64,000 bases of DNA. Origin: Podarcis gaigeae (taxonomy: Eukaryota). The stretch lies in the NCBI GenBank assembly GCA_964106915.2, contig OZ066918.1; one strand, given 5' to 3'. Shown piece by piece: positions 13,505-25,385 of this stretch. Below the pieces are notes generated by a model, which saw only the letters and a program-made list of their open reading frames with translations, was not told where the DNA came from and ran no database searches. The translations under genes were made by a program, and so were the position numbers. The stretch's first letter is position 1; the number at the start of each line of letters is the position of its first letter.

Positions 13505-15032
13505 GGCATTATCTTTGTTACTCATTGAAAGGAGGGTGACTTTTCCCACCCCAGCTCCATAAGAACTGCATATTGAATCCATCGCCATCTGCTGTTGGAT
13601 GTTAACATTGTGCTATGGATTCCCAGACATTTCAGAGCCTTTGTGTGTGTTTCATGACCACCCTGGATGGGATTTACAACACAAATGAACATGGACTACT
13701 TTGCAGAGCCCTAGGAGGGTAATTTCTACAGTGTACTTCATGGAGGTTTTTAATTATATCCCAATTTCTCTCAGGTCAGACCTTGTTTCAAAGCAAAATC
13801 CTGACTGCTGGAAAATGGAAATTCAGATAAACACATTCCAAAAGGGAAAAGGTGGGACTGTGTAGCTCCCTGCTTTGGCAAGAGGTATGTGTGAACATTG
13901 TTCATCAGCAAGGAGGGATTATCACTACCCAGTTAGGTGGGCATATGCTGGTGCTACTCAACAAGATTTTTGCTTAGGGTTTCTCAATTATTAGAACAAG
14001 AAGATTGGCCTAACAGTTGCTGAGACAGGTGAAGCTTGCCTTCTCCTTCTCCTGTCTGTCTACTTGCTCCTTTTGTGAGGTAGGTTTGACTGCTGCTTGC
14101 ATTCTGCACTTAGCCCATGTTTCACCAGCAACAGCTTGGAAAAGATGTGCTCCTACTCAATCAAGGCCTTTTGCTGCTACTTATTATCTTGAGTGTGAAC
14201 ACTCAGTATCATGGATACATTCATATCCAATTCAAATAGTTTATCAAGAGTATTATGCACTTGCTAAAGAGGGAGAGAAGCTAAATGCTTAACTACACCT
14301 ACAGTGTAAAAGGATTGTGGTATATAAGTCTTCAAACTTCATGGAAGTTTGCTGTTCTCTGAAATGTGACTGCAATTCAGTTAAATTTAAATACATGTGT
14401 GGTGCCAACAGCTGGAGGAGGTTCTAGGTGATGTTTCTAAAATGTATCCTGTCTCTTCTGAACTGTTCATTCTATTGTGGACTTGAACAGTACTTCTGCC
14501 CAATTTATTTATGGCCATTATCTCTGCTTCTGGCCGAGAAGTAGCCTATAAATACCATAAGTATTTCAGACTTCCAGCTAGTTCTTCCTCTTCAAGAAAT
14601 GAAAGTCTAAAGTAGTCACACAAATTGACAGTCATACTGAAAAGAGTCACTTCCTAAATGTGTAAAACCATTTAGTCATTGACAGTGGTATGGATCTATT
14701 CTTTTGATAGAGTTCAGGGGTGGAGGTGGAATTGCCTATTTTACATACCCTTGCAAGTAATGTTAGGGGGAAAGTAATGGAAATGCTCTTTTCTTGGTAT
14801 TCATACTTTATGCTAGAACCGTGTCTTCAGAGCTGCAGTTGCTGCATTCTCAGTTTTGCTCATGGATAGCTGAGTTGAGAACATGGGCAGGAATATGAAG
14901 AATCCATTTTCCTTTACCATTATCCTCCAGGACTGCTTACGAAACATATGGGAATGATGTAGAAAGGAAAACAGGAAGCTGTGAAGCTGCTACTTTGTGC
15001 TGTTCATAAAAGGTACCTTGCATTTAACTCAC

Positions 15033-15131
15033 AATAAATCACCAGTAAAGCTCTCACAGTGTCTCTAGTATTCAAAACAACGTCTTAGTTTTTCAAATGA
15101 GCAGTGAGAGGGATCTGCCACTTTCAATAAA
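15033..15131 (+). terminator. STK25: Candidate STK25 polyadenylation signals (AATAAA at 15033 and 15126); 3'UTR about 13505-15150
   Basis: Two AATAAA hexamers about 1.55-1.65 kb after the stop and upstream of the CR1 fragment and the FARP2 3' end. Confidence 0.55.
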
Positions 15132-15384
15132 ACTAACTTGTCAAGTAAATGCTGACTATATGGTTATTTATGCATTGCTAGAAACTCCAAAGCTGGACTG
15201 GAGTTACTCCAGGGGAGTAAGGACTATTTTCCGTCTGATCTAATGCAGTGTGGGGTTTCAGTTGTGCTACTGAAGGATCAGGGTTGTTTTGCTAGAGTGC
15301 ATCTATCCACACACTGGTTGGGAGAGTTTTAGGCACTGCAGTAAGATAAATCAGAGCAGGTTTTTTTGGTGGTGGGGGGCTGGG

Positions 15385-15700
15385 GAGCTAAGATTGAAAA
15401 AACTGGGTATGTTTAACCTGGAGAAGATACCTGCAGGGAAGGAAAAGGAACTGTACTTTGGTGCCCCAAAAGACAGGACTACATTTCATCCGAGGGGAGC
15501 TTTCAGTTGATCATTAGCTGAAACATCTTGAACGTAACAGCAATTCAACAGTAAAATTATTTACCTAGGGGCGTGGTAGACTCTCCCTTCCCTGAAGCTC
15601 TTCTAGCAGATGCTGTACAGCCATCTGTTGTGAAGGCTGTAGGATTTCTTATGACAAGCAGGGGCTTGAAACAGATTGCCCACAAGGCCCCCTTCAACTT
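15385..15700 (+). mobile_element. Old CR1 LINE 3' fragment between the two 3' ends
   Basis: RLKKLGMFNLEK-like ORF2 remnant, GTGGTAGACTCTCCCTTCCCTGAAG and GGGGCTTGA..AGAT...CC...AAGGCCCCCTTCAAC 3'-end motifs. Confidence 0.7.
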
Positions 15701-15933
15701 TCAGTTGTGTTTTTTGTTGTGGACAATTTTGGTTAAGCCTTGATCAGGATTCAGTTGTAGGCTAGCCATAGCTCACTAGAGGTCTTAAGTTAATAAAATA
15801 GGGAAAACTATGCATTTGAAATGGGAATGTGGGCACTGCTGAGATGGGAGTCCTTTTTATATTGCAAATTCTGAACGGAATAAGAATTAGGTTATGACAA
15901 ACTGCTTGTGAGCCATCTAGAGATCTACAATAG

Positions 15934-15939
15934 TTTATT
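15934..15939 (-). terminator. FARP2: Candidate FARP2 full-length polyA signal (AATAAA on - strand); another at 16696-16701
   Basis: plus-strand TTTATT about 1.6 kb past the stop, in AT-rich 3'UTR-like sequence. Confidence 0.5.
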
Positions 15940-17523
15940 TCCAAAAACAGACACTAATAAATAAAAAAAATACATTAATGTATATTGAATGGCCATAATA
16001 GTAGAGAAGAATATTTAGCACTTTGTAGCTTCCTTATAAATGACAATGTCAAACAAAAAAACGTAACAAACCTTCCCTTTGCCCTCTAAGTGGGAAACCA
16101 ATCCCAACCTTCTACCTAAAAGACTGACCTACATAGTTTTAAGGGTCAATATGAGGAGTAATAAAGACATCTGTATTTTCCCCATGTCCTGCCCCTCCTT
16201 TAATTGCTCATACTTCAAAATGCAGTGTTCAATATATAAATATTTTTTTACCTCAGTTTCTTCTAAAGCACACTACCCATCACCACATAGTTGCTCAACA
16301 CAGTATAATAAGTAAAAACCGCCTTCAAACCAGCAGACTACTTTCTACTACTATCCAAGGGTAACGTGATAAACCTTATCTGTCCCATGAAAGAAGTATA
16401 TGAACTTAAAAAATAAAACGCATAGGCTCTGCCTCCATGATCTCGGGACAATAGCACTATAGAGAAAAGGGGGATTTCAATTATCTTGCCATTGTGCAGT
16501 ACTTGTTTCAACTGATCTGCCTTAATTCCTGAATATGCACTTTTAAATATATGTCTGCACCAGTTCTCATATGAAGTCCCTGAGTATTCCCCCCACCCTG
16601 GCCTGTCACTGTCAAAGGAACTAAGAAGTAGAGGTGTGTCATTAATGAAGGAATAAACCCTTCCATAGTTAGTCACCCCCAAACAATACTAGGCTTTTAT
16701 TACAGCTGCACATGCGTGCTTATTGGACATCTGTTACAATAGATGTTTTGGCTGAGGTAATAAAAACAAGGACTGGTTATTGCTGAAGCTGCCTTTCCAA
16801 CTCTCTGTATGCATATTTATAACTTTTAAAAGAACTTAGCCAAAACATAACAAGCACCACTCTCAAGCCCTGAACAGAAAGAGAACTCAGAACATTATCT
16901 GCACACTAAAAGGTCTGCTATCCTCATCTTTGCATACTTCAGTATCTTCTGTATACTTTTCTACCCCTTCAAACTGACTGTGGAATCCTCTTTTCTCATG
17001 CCCACTACCCAAATAAAAACAATCCTTTCAACTTTGTTTGCACTGAGAAAGTAACAAGGGTGAAGTTGCTTCCTGGCAATTTTCTGAAGCACTCCGCTCT
17101 ACCGTGAGGAGAAATTCCATCTTAAAATTAATGTGAACATTGCTTGCAGCGTGTGAGGCATGTATGGCTGGTAGGCTGAAAGAACAAGTTGCACACAGAT
17201 TATTTAGTTGAGACTGAGCGTTAACAAATAATAGAAAACCACTTGAAAGCCAGAGAACTAACATTGGCCAAACCCCAACAAAAGAAGCAAGTCATGTAAA
17301 TCCAGCAGCCACATTTTTTTCATGAACTGAATTCCCCAGAGTCTTTGCAGTCCCTTTGGATGAGAGAGCTTTCTACACTAAGCAAAATTCACCATCTTCC
17401 ACGAGGCAACTAACTTGGCCACTGGAGGGAGCAGATGGGTTCCTTTTACTACTATCATGCTCAGGCTCCTTTCCCCCATACTGCAAATAATTAACTTACA
17501 ACAGAGACCCAGCTCTGCTTCTA

Positions 17524-17614
17524 TCAGTTTGTGTTCTTTTCCTTTTCATCTTTAGGAAGGCAGAGGCTGGATCTCCCTGGAGAACTTGTGGCTCTCTTTA
17601 TTACTTCCATCCAC
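17524..17614 (-). CDS. FARP2: FARP2 exon 27 coding part, stop TGA
   Basis: tgtcag|G TGG ATG GAA ... ACA AAC TGA TAG; (R)WMEVIKRATSSPGRSSLCLPKDEKEKNTN*. Confidence 0.93.
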
Positions 17615-18463
17615 CTGACAAGAGAAAAAAAGTCAACTGTCATGGCCCTAGTTCGTTACCTACTCACTATCATTCTTTGAATGTGCTACATAATAGTTTT
17701 TAGTAGGAATATTAATATTTTGCTTTCCATTTTGCTGAGGATTTTAGTAAGATTAACACTCAGACTAACACTTGAAAGTTAACTTACTGTAAAGAAGGAG
17801 CCACAGTATCCCAACAGCCACCTGATAATTTGAAGAAAGGTCTGTTCAATTATGCTAGGTTTGTTACTGTAGTGCAAAGGGAGAGTTATAGAAGGGAGTC
17901 CTAACCCACAAGGAAGGGGACTGGCAGTTAATGCCCCTCTTTTCCACTGCCTAGATGAGTAATATGCACACCAGATCACTTTTATGAAGAGCACAGAAAC
18001 TCAAAAGGAAGGGTCTCCCCAAGCTAAATTTTAATTTTTTAAAAAATTCCTCCTGGTTTTCCTGCTGCCAATGAGTAGTTTTACTGTCTCACCCAGCCCA
18101 GATGGTGAAGACTCAGTAGAGTCAGTGGTGCTATTCATTAGTGATTTTGCACAGTTATATCTTTATGGAGAAGGACCATCAAGTTTGGGACATTAAGCAC
18201 AACTTCCTAAAGAGTCTTAAATGTAAAGCCTAGACAGGTCCCATCACTGATCACAGTGCACATTGCCTGCAACCACATACAACCTCTCAGTCATCAACTT
18301 TTATCAGTAAGAACTGCTAAAACAAGGCTTCACTCAGGCTCATTCCACTAAACCATATGGTATGTGTGAGCACAGCCAGAGTATCTCTTTAGCCAAACAG
18401 AAATGGATTTGAGTGGTACATATTTACAATATAGAGGAATTGCAATCTCCTAATGTGATAAAT

Positions 18464-18828
18464 GGGGGACGCAGGTGGCGCTGTGGGTTAAAGCCTCAGC
18501 GCCTAGGACTTGCCGATCGAAAGGTCGGCGGTTCGAATCCCTGCGGCGGGGTGCGCTCCCGCTGCTCGGTCCCAGCGCCTGCCAACCTAGCAGTTCGAAA
18601 GCACCTCCAGGTGCAAGTAGATAAATAGGGACCGCTTACCAGCGGGAAGGTAAACGGCGTTTCCGTGTGCGGCTCTGGCTCACCAGAGCAGCAATGTCAC
18701 GCTGGCCACGTGACCCGGAAGTGTCTTCGGACAGCGCTGGCCCCTGGCCTCTTGAGTGAGATGGGCGCACAACCCCAGAGTCTGTCAAGACTGGCCCGTA
18801 CGGGCAGGGGTACCTTTACCTTTACCTT
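18464..18828 (+). mobile_element. Full-length Sauria SINE in FARP2 last intron (antisense to FARP2)
   Basis: GGGGGACGCAGGTGGCGCTGTGG start, B box at 18530, (ACCTTT)3 tail, perfect 13-bp TSD TAATGTGATAAAT at 18451 and 18829. Confidence 0.95.
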
Positions 18829-18945
18829 TAATGTGATAAATAGTCCTCCCCTTACTAGAAAAATGGGGGGGGGGGAGGCCTGGGGAGATGCTTTTCCATA
18901 TATATAGTTTTAGGCCTTCACTTCTCTACCACCTGCTCCAGGTGA

Positions 18946-18947
<2 letters not shown>

Positions 18948-18983
<36 letters not shown>
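18948..18983. repeat. (GA)n microsatellite
   Basis: GA run with one interruption. Confidence 0.9.
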
Positions 18984-18985
<2 letters not shown>

Positions 18986-19017
18986 CATTTCTCAGGTGAT
19001 GTGCAAACTTCCATATA

Positions 19018-19877
19018 CAGTGGTGCCTCGCAAGACGAAATTAATTCGTTCCGCAAGTCTTTTCGTCTTGCGAAGCACGGTTTCCCATAGGAATGCATTG
19101 AAAATCAATCAATGCGTTCCTATGGAAACTGCCTTCTGACCAGGTCCGGGGACAGTCTATCCCCCGACCTCTTCTGAAGGCTGGCGGGGGGCAAAAGTCT
19201 TTGCTTCCACCCCGCCTGCCTTCCCGGGACAGCGGAGACTTCTCCGCTGTCCCGGGGGATCTTAAAATGCTGGCGGGCGGCAGCGCTGCCGCCCGCCAGC
19301 ATTTTAAAATCGCCCCGGGACAGCGGAGGACTTCTCTGCTGTCCTGGGGCGATTTTAAAGCCCCCGGGAAGGCAGGCAGGGGGGAGCAAAGACTTTCGCC
19401 CCCCGCCGGCCTTCAGAAGAGGTCCAGGACCGCCTGCTTCCTGCTCCCCCCCGCCTGCCTTCAAAAGCCGTCCGGGAGAGCGGAGAATCGCAGCGCATTT
19501 CTCCGCTCTCCCGGGAAGGCAGGCAGGGGGGAGCAAAGACTTTCGCCCCCCCGCCTGCCTTCAAAAGCCGTCCGGGAGAGCGGGAAGCGCTTCCCTGCTA
19601 TCCCGGACCGCTTTTAAAATGCTGGCGGTGGGGAGCAAAGCCTTTCGGCCCCCGCCGGTCTTCCTGGACCTCTTCTGAAGGCCGGAGGGGGGGGGAAAGG
19701 CTTTGCTCCCCACCGCCAGCATTTAAAAGAGGTCCCCGGAGATTTCCCTATGGGCGTTCTTCTTGCGAAGCAAGCCCATAGGGAAAATCGTCTAGCAAAG
19801 CGACGCAAAAACCGAAAAACCCTTTCGTCTTGCGGGTTTTTCGTCTTGTGAGGCATTCGTCTTGCGGGGCACCACTG
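19018..19877. mobile_element. Tc1/mariner (Tigger-like) non-autonomous element with GC-rich, internally repeated core
   Basis: TIR CAGTGGTGCCTCGCAAGACG ... CGTCTTGCGGGGCACCACTG, TA flanks; internal direct and inverted repeats, CpG-rich (young). Confidence 0.9.
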
Positions 19878-20126
19878 TATGTACAACTTCAATCTGAGCT
19901 ACTTTTGCACAGAGTTCTTTCACTGACAGATTTTGAAGTTAGCAGAACCCACCAAAAGTTATCTCATTCATTAATATAGGCAAGGCCACAGAAAGCATGA
20001 CTTCTGTGTGAAATTCCAGCAGCTTCCTCAACTCATTAGCAGGAGAGTTAGTAGAGAACATTTGTCAAAATAGTAACTGGGGGTAAAGAATGCATTTTGC
20101 AAATTATGTCTAGGAAGCACACTTAC

Positions 20127-20278
20127 CTCTCAAAGGTGTACTTGCTCTCAGCCCTGAAGAAATATACATGGGACTTGAACTGCAGTTTGAAGACATAATC
20201 CTTCTGAATGCCATCGGCCTCTACGGGTGTGCTGACAGTGTAACCAAGAAGTGGTAAACTGGCCAATGGATAATCATC
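20127..20278 (-). CDS. FARP2: FARP2 exon 26 (PH2)
   Basis: ttcag|GAT GAT TAT ... GAG AG|gtaagt; DDYPLASLPLLGYTVSTPVEADGIQKDYVFKLQFKSHVYFFRAESKYTFE. Confidence 0.96.
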
Positions 20279-20368
20279 CTGAAAAAATAGCCAGGTTTTA
20301 TTATTTATTTAACAGATGTCCATTCCACTCTTCAACCACCGTTTTCAGGGCAGTTTACAAATAAAATA

Positions 20369-20534
20369 CAGGCAGCAACCATTCTGCAGGTGCCCAATTG
20401 CCACGTGACCACTGACACACAGGTCCTTTCAGAGCCAGAAGAGAGCATAATGGAGGCAGAGCAGGCTTATGTGTGCTCCGCCAATAGACGCAGGGGTCAG
20501 GAACGGAACCCCTGCACAAAATGTTCACTGCCTG
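20369..20534. mobile_element. Short degenerate Tc1/mariner-type MITE
   Basis: TA|CAGGCAG ... CTGCCTG|TA ends. Confidence 0.5.
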
Positions 20535-20999
20535 TACTAAAACCCACCATGTACCACTGAGTTAATACATGAAGTTACAAGTAAAAACAAAAACCCTCAG
20601 TTCCCAGCCAGCACAAACATACCAGTTAGAGAGAACTAGCTCTCCCAAGTTCTAGGTATTGTATGCCGGCTGGAGAGCCTAACTAAAACCATAATTGGGA
20701 ACCCTCTCTGCAATTTTCTCCAACTAGGTGCTTTTAAAGAGCACCAGACATGCTATTCATATTACAATCAATTTTAGTTTACTATGGTCTGGCGATGCCT
20801 AGTGAATTGCCAGAGAGATGTGCCAATGACTAATGGCTGAAGCTGTGCTGGAGCATTCAACTCGTTGCTGACAGCAGCAACGCTCACAAAATGTACCAAA
20901 GAATGAAGAAAGCCTTTAAGAATGGATTCACAAGGCATATTGCATCTCATTCCTATATATGCCTAGCACTATCTTGAAGTTGTGCCGCATCCATCTTAC

Positions 21000-21107
21000 C
21001 TGGTGCGTCTTGTAGAAGAACAAACAGAAGTTTGTAAAAACAACCCACAGCTTCTGCCAGCCGTTACTGTTTTTGAATTTCCTCAGTAGGTATCCTGACA
21101 GCTGGTT
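21000..21107 (-). CDS. FARP2: FARP2 exon 25 (PH2)
   Basis: tgtag|AAC CAG CTG ... CAC CAG|gtaaga; NQLSGYLLRKFKNSNGWQKLWVVFTNFCLFFYKTHQ. Confidence 0.96.
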
Positions 21108-22868
21108 CTACATGGAAGAGAGGAAAATACAGTGTTAAGTGACTAGTAGTCATTCTCCACAATCGCTCAACAAAAACCTGCCGTTAAATTTGCATTGCAG
21201 ATTCAAAAAACAAATAACTTTTTCTAGGGGATGACTGAATTTGAGAAAGACTGCTTCAGAGCCTTTTTGTACAATTAGATATTTTGTGCAAGAAGTATAA
21301 AAGTTACCTTTTTATGGTGGTGATATAATTTGCCAAGTGCAGTTAGAAAAGTTCCATATTTTTCCAGACAGTGCAATATCGGAGCATGGGTGTGTAGCAC
21401 AGACATTTACTGGCTATTCCCTGTGATGAAGTTAATGACCAAGCAATATAAAGCCACCACCCAACTCCATGGTTGTGTAATTTGGAGCCATTCAAAATTA
21501 CAACCCCCCCAACAAATTATTTGGGATTCTTTGCTCTGAAACTACAACACTGGAGTGCTTGTCAAGCATTGTGTATGTTATATTTATTTTACTGGCAGAC
21601 CAGCAAAAACACCCCCAATTGCCCCAACAGTCCTTTTATTTATTGCTTTTTTAAGCATTTGACCCCCAGGTTTTTAAGGAGGTGGGAAGTGAGACAGCAT
21701 TATTTTTTTATTCAGTTTGTAGCAGTGGCTCCGAAACTTGAAAAACACTTAACTGGTTTTTCCACTTGTAATAACTGTAATGTGCCGTGCTAGATGCTGT
21801 ATGGTTTTTAATTGCATTTTTCTTGCTTTTATTTCTTATATTCTATGTTATTGTATTACAATTTGCATTCCATAGAATGTCTGTCTAATACAGCCATGCT
21901 GTGGAGCACCTGCAAAAACCTCATGGACCACAGGTAGTCCACAGACTGCAGTTTAGGAACTCCTGCTCTATGGCAGAGCTACCTACTCCCCATTCAGATC
22001 CACTCAGTCCAGATAGGATATTTCATTGTTTCCACTAAAGGTTGTTTGAGTCAGGCTTTTCCTGATCATACTAAAAAGGCTCTAAGGCAGGTGAACCCAA
22101 TGTGCCCTCCAGATGATGTTGGACTACACCTCCCATCACCCCTCACCATTGGTCAAAGTGGCTGCGGCTGAGGGGAGTTGGTGTCTAGCAACTTCTGAAG
22201 GGCATCCTGCACCAAGGTGTCTTCTCTCAGGTATGCCAGCTACTAATGTAATGTCCATTTGTGCACACACCCACACATCCCTTTTTCACAGAGTGATAAC
22301 TCTGCGTACTGCATTTCCTCCACTGAAAGGGTAGAACAGTTATGGATGCAACTGATTCATGTCCGTGCTGTGTTAACTGTGCGACTTTAAGTCCTTTTTT
22401 TTGTCCTCTACAACATGCTAAGAACCAGTAAGCAACACACACAGCTTGCATTCTTAGTTAAGGAGAAAATACAACTAGAAGACAGAAAATGTTGAGGGAA
22501 AGCACACAGTAAAAAGCCCTGCAGAGCACATGGCAGCAATGCCACTTTTAAGTTAACATGCTGGTAAAGTGAAGAGTAAGCCCCACTGGAAGGAGAAGGA
22601 ACCTAACTTGCTGTGATCTAATCTATAGGATAAATGAAATGCATCAAAACAATGGCATGTGTATCCAGGGTTCTTTTTAATAAAGGGATTAATTTGGCTG
22701 ATTTCTGCAAGATACTTAAAGGATGTCTTACCATTCATTCCAATATTTTAGATCTTTGTTTCTGCACATTAGAACAGTGTTTAAGAGAGCTATAACGAGA
22801 TGGTACAAGTAGAAAATGACCGTCTTCATAGATCCTATCAATACTGAGAGTGAGTGAAGCAGCTTTAC

Positions 22869-22981
22869 CTGAATCATACACAAATAATCAGACAGGGATA
22901 GGCTCTGGTTCCGGTACCAGCAAACATGGGTGATTGTGTTGGGCCGCTGAGTCTGGCCCAGCAAATAGCGAGGAGGAAGCT
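22869..22981 (-). CDS. FARP2: FARP2 putative alternative exon 24b (paralog of 24a, predicted mutually exclusive)
   Basis: long pyrimidine tract ...gtttctccag|AG CTT CCT ... ATT CAG|gtaaag; (K)LPPRYLLGQTQRPNTITHVCWYRNQSLSLSDYLCMIQ; 113 nt, same entry and exit phase as 24a. Confidence 0.8.
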
Positions 22982-23590
22982 CTGGAGAAACAGCAAGAGA
23001 GCAGAAAACTGAGCAGAGAGGGTGCAGGGCAAAGAGAAAAAGAAAGAAAAAGGTGATTTAGAACAAGAAAGGGCAGTACACGAAAAGGTCTGTTAAAAGA
23101 AATAGTATGAAAAAAGAAAAAAAAGCTATGAAGTTCATTATTTGTAAGTCCTAAGATCAGCAGTGCGAGGGGCCACGGTGCTTTGGGGAGAAGTCAGGAA
23201 GATTTAACAAATTTACCTAAAACAGGGTTCTCAGTGGGCAAGATCACAAACTTTTGGTTTCATAACCCCAAAGCTGATTTCTTTCATTAGCTTTTTAGTG
23301 TGAATGGCAGCTGTTGATATATCAAAGCCCCCCTTTTTATCTTTTTTTCTTCTCCAAAGCACACCCTTGTTGAGAACATGATGGAAACATGCAGTCACAC
23401 ATACAAAGAACATCTTCAGATGTCTTGTGGTTACTCATTCATTTGCTCTCTCACACAAGACCACTGAAGTTATTGAAGGAAATGGGGGTGTTAAAACCGC
23501 ACACATGTATACAGTGCAGAGAAACCAGCAACCAAGACAGACAGAGTGGTAAGTGAAAGTGATAGTGATATGTGCTCTGCTGCTGGGTAC

Positions 23591-23754
23591 CTCGACGGCC
23601 ACACTGTGATCTGTCATGGAGACACTGGTGTTGCGGTACCAGCATACATGCATGGTAGTATTGGCACGGTGGTGGCTCTGCCTGTCCAGGGAGCTACGAG
23701 AAGAATGTATGTCCTCTTCGGACTCCTGTTCTAGAGATACCTCATCTGAGGATC
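23591..23754 (-). CDS. FARP2: FARP2 exon 24a (canonical PH1-PH2 linker)
   Basis: cctcag|GA TCC TCA ... GTC GAG|gtaccc; (R)SSDEVSLEQESEEDIHSSRSSLDRQSHHRANTTMHVCWYRNTSVSMTDHSVAVE; 164 nt. Confidence 0.94.
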
Positions 23755-24450
23755 CTGAGGGGGGAGAAGGGAGCAAACATTTAACAGGCTGTGGGCACAG
23801 GGGTAGTGACAGCAGCAAGGATTGCTGACGTATAATAGCATCTTCCCCTCACAAAAGGAATTGACATGCATGGGTTACTCTCCTTCTGACATCCATGACC
23901 TTCATAATTGGTAGCTTGAAGGATAGGACACCTCAAAGTTATTGCATAGGAAAAAGTCACACTCTGTTATATGGGGAAAATATTAAAAAGTTTACCCAGA
24001 AGCATCCTAGAAGGGTTTGATTTGTAGCAGAAGGGGATTCCTAGGAAATATATAATTTCCACCTGAGGAATGCCACAGTGTGCTTCAGTGGCCCAGTGGT
24101 GGGGGCGGATCCATAGATAAGGAGACATTCAGGAGTACACAGGATATTACTTCAATGACTTCCACAGATTGGTAAGTGAACTGTGGTTTAAAAGGATGAA
24201 TACTTTCCTGTGTAAGAGGGTGGTAAGGAAAGATTACACACTATAAACTTCATCATTATTGCTTTAACAGCTGGAAGTTCTTATTTGCCAAGCCTGAAAT
24301 ATCTGGAGCATCAGAGAGGGTATGGAATGTTACTTAGTGAAAAAGACTGAATGAAGGCTGCGTAATCTATACCATTTTCCATCTCAGAGGCCTGAAGAGC
24401 ACACAACTAACCAAGAATCACTAATCACAAGTGGCACGAAAGCTACTCAC

Positions 24451-24569
24451 TGTTAGAACGATTGCACACTGAGTTTTCTAGAAACATCTCTGATTTCTCA
24501 GTGAATTTCTTGGCCATTTCAATTGCCATATTTAGATCTTCCATCCACTTCCCCATTTCCAGACGAGTG
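24451..24569 (-). CDS. FARP2: FARP2 exon 23 (end of PH1)
   Basis: tttcag|C ACT CGT ... AAC A|gtgagt; TRLEMGKWMEDLNMAIEMAKKFTEKSEMFLENSVCNRSN. Confidence 0.94.
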
Positions 24570-25082
24570 CTGAAAAATAGAGACAGGAACGATGGCTAAG
24601 CACGTTTTCAGAGCTCAGCTGCCGTTTGTGATTTATGGTTCCAGAAAAGCACTGCTTGCCCCATACTTAGAGCAATTTCATGTTTCCATAAATTCCCACT
24701 GAAATAACAAAATTTGCAGTCAATGTTACCATTCTGGCAACTGCAGAAGCTTGCCTCAACAATTTTAAATTCCACACAAATTCAGGTTTGATAAAACCAC
24801 AACACAGTTTGAATCTTTTTCTATTCCTCCTGAAATCTGAAGTCTCATAAAGATGAGAGGAAGCAACATATTATTGCACTTTAATGTAAGCTTGGAGCAC
24901 TACTCCATGGGGAAATCAGATTTTGCCTCAACAGATGACTGCATAATGACTCAGGGAGTGTGTGGTCTCCCACATTGTGCAGCCTGGGATATAGTGGCAT
25001 ATACACACACTGAAAGATGCCTATTTTACCAGTGCTTTAACACTCCTACCTTTTCACAACTGAGCACTGAGAAAATGCTTAC

Positions 25083-25165
25083 CTTGCTGCCACTACTATG
25101 GTTTTTTGAGCTGAATAAATGGTAAAGCAATGAGGGACAGACCATTCGTTTTCGCTCTCTTCCAC
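25083..25165 (-). CDS. FARP2: FARP2 exon 22 (PH1)
   Basis: ttgtag|GTG GAA GAG ... GCA AG|gtaagc; VEESENEWSVPHCFTIYSAQKTIVVAA. Confidence 0.95.
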
Positions 25166-25364
25166 CTACAATAAAGAAAATTTCTTCATCATTCAGTGAG
25201 CAACAGCAGACACATCTACACTAAAAGAAATGGTGTGACAACAGCAACTAGCTACATTAAAAGTATTTCGTTTCTATTTTGTTTCTAATGGGAAAACTAT
25301 CAGCTACAATTGCACTGTCACTTCAGCAGCTGCTAAGCATAGTAGTCACTGGCTTATTACTCAC

Positions 25365-25385
25365 CGGAGGATCCAGGACTATCAG
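25365..25385 (-). CDS. FARP2: FARP2 putative 21-nt microexon (LIVLDPP) inside PH1
   Basis: ttttttttatgtgtttgtgtttgattttcag|CTG ATA GTC CTG GAT CCT CCG|gtgagt; phase 0-0 in a phase-0 intron. Confidence 0.7.

Noticed and set aside
18464-18545. tRNA-like A/B boxes (also 13035-13095)
   Set aside because: They are the tRNA-derived heads of Sauria SINEs, not tRNA genes
19120-19892. Overlapping 69-138 aa ORFs on both strands
   Set aside because: They lie inside a GC-rich, internally repeated MITE; low stop density comes from composition and there is no transposase signature
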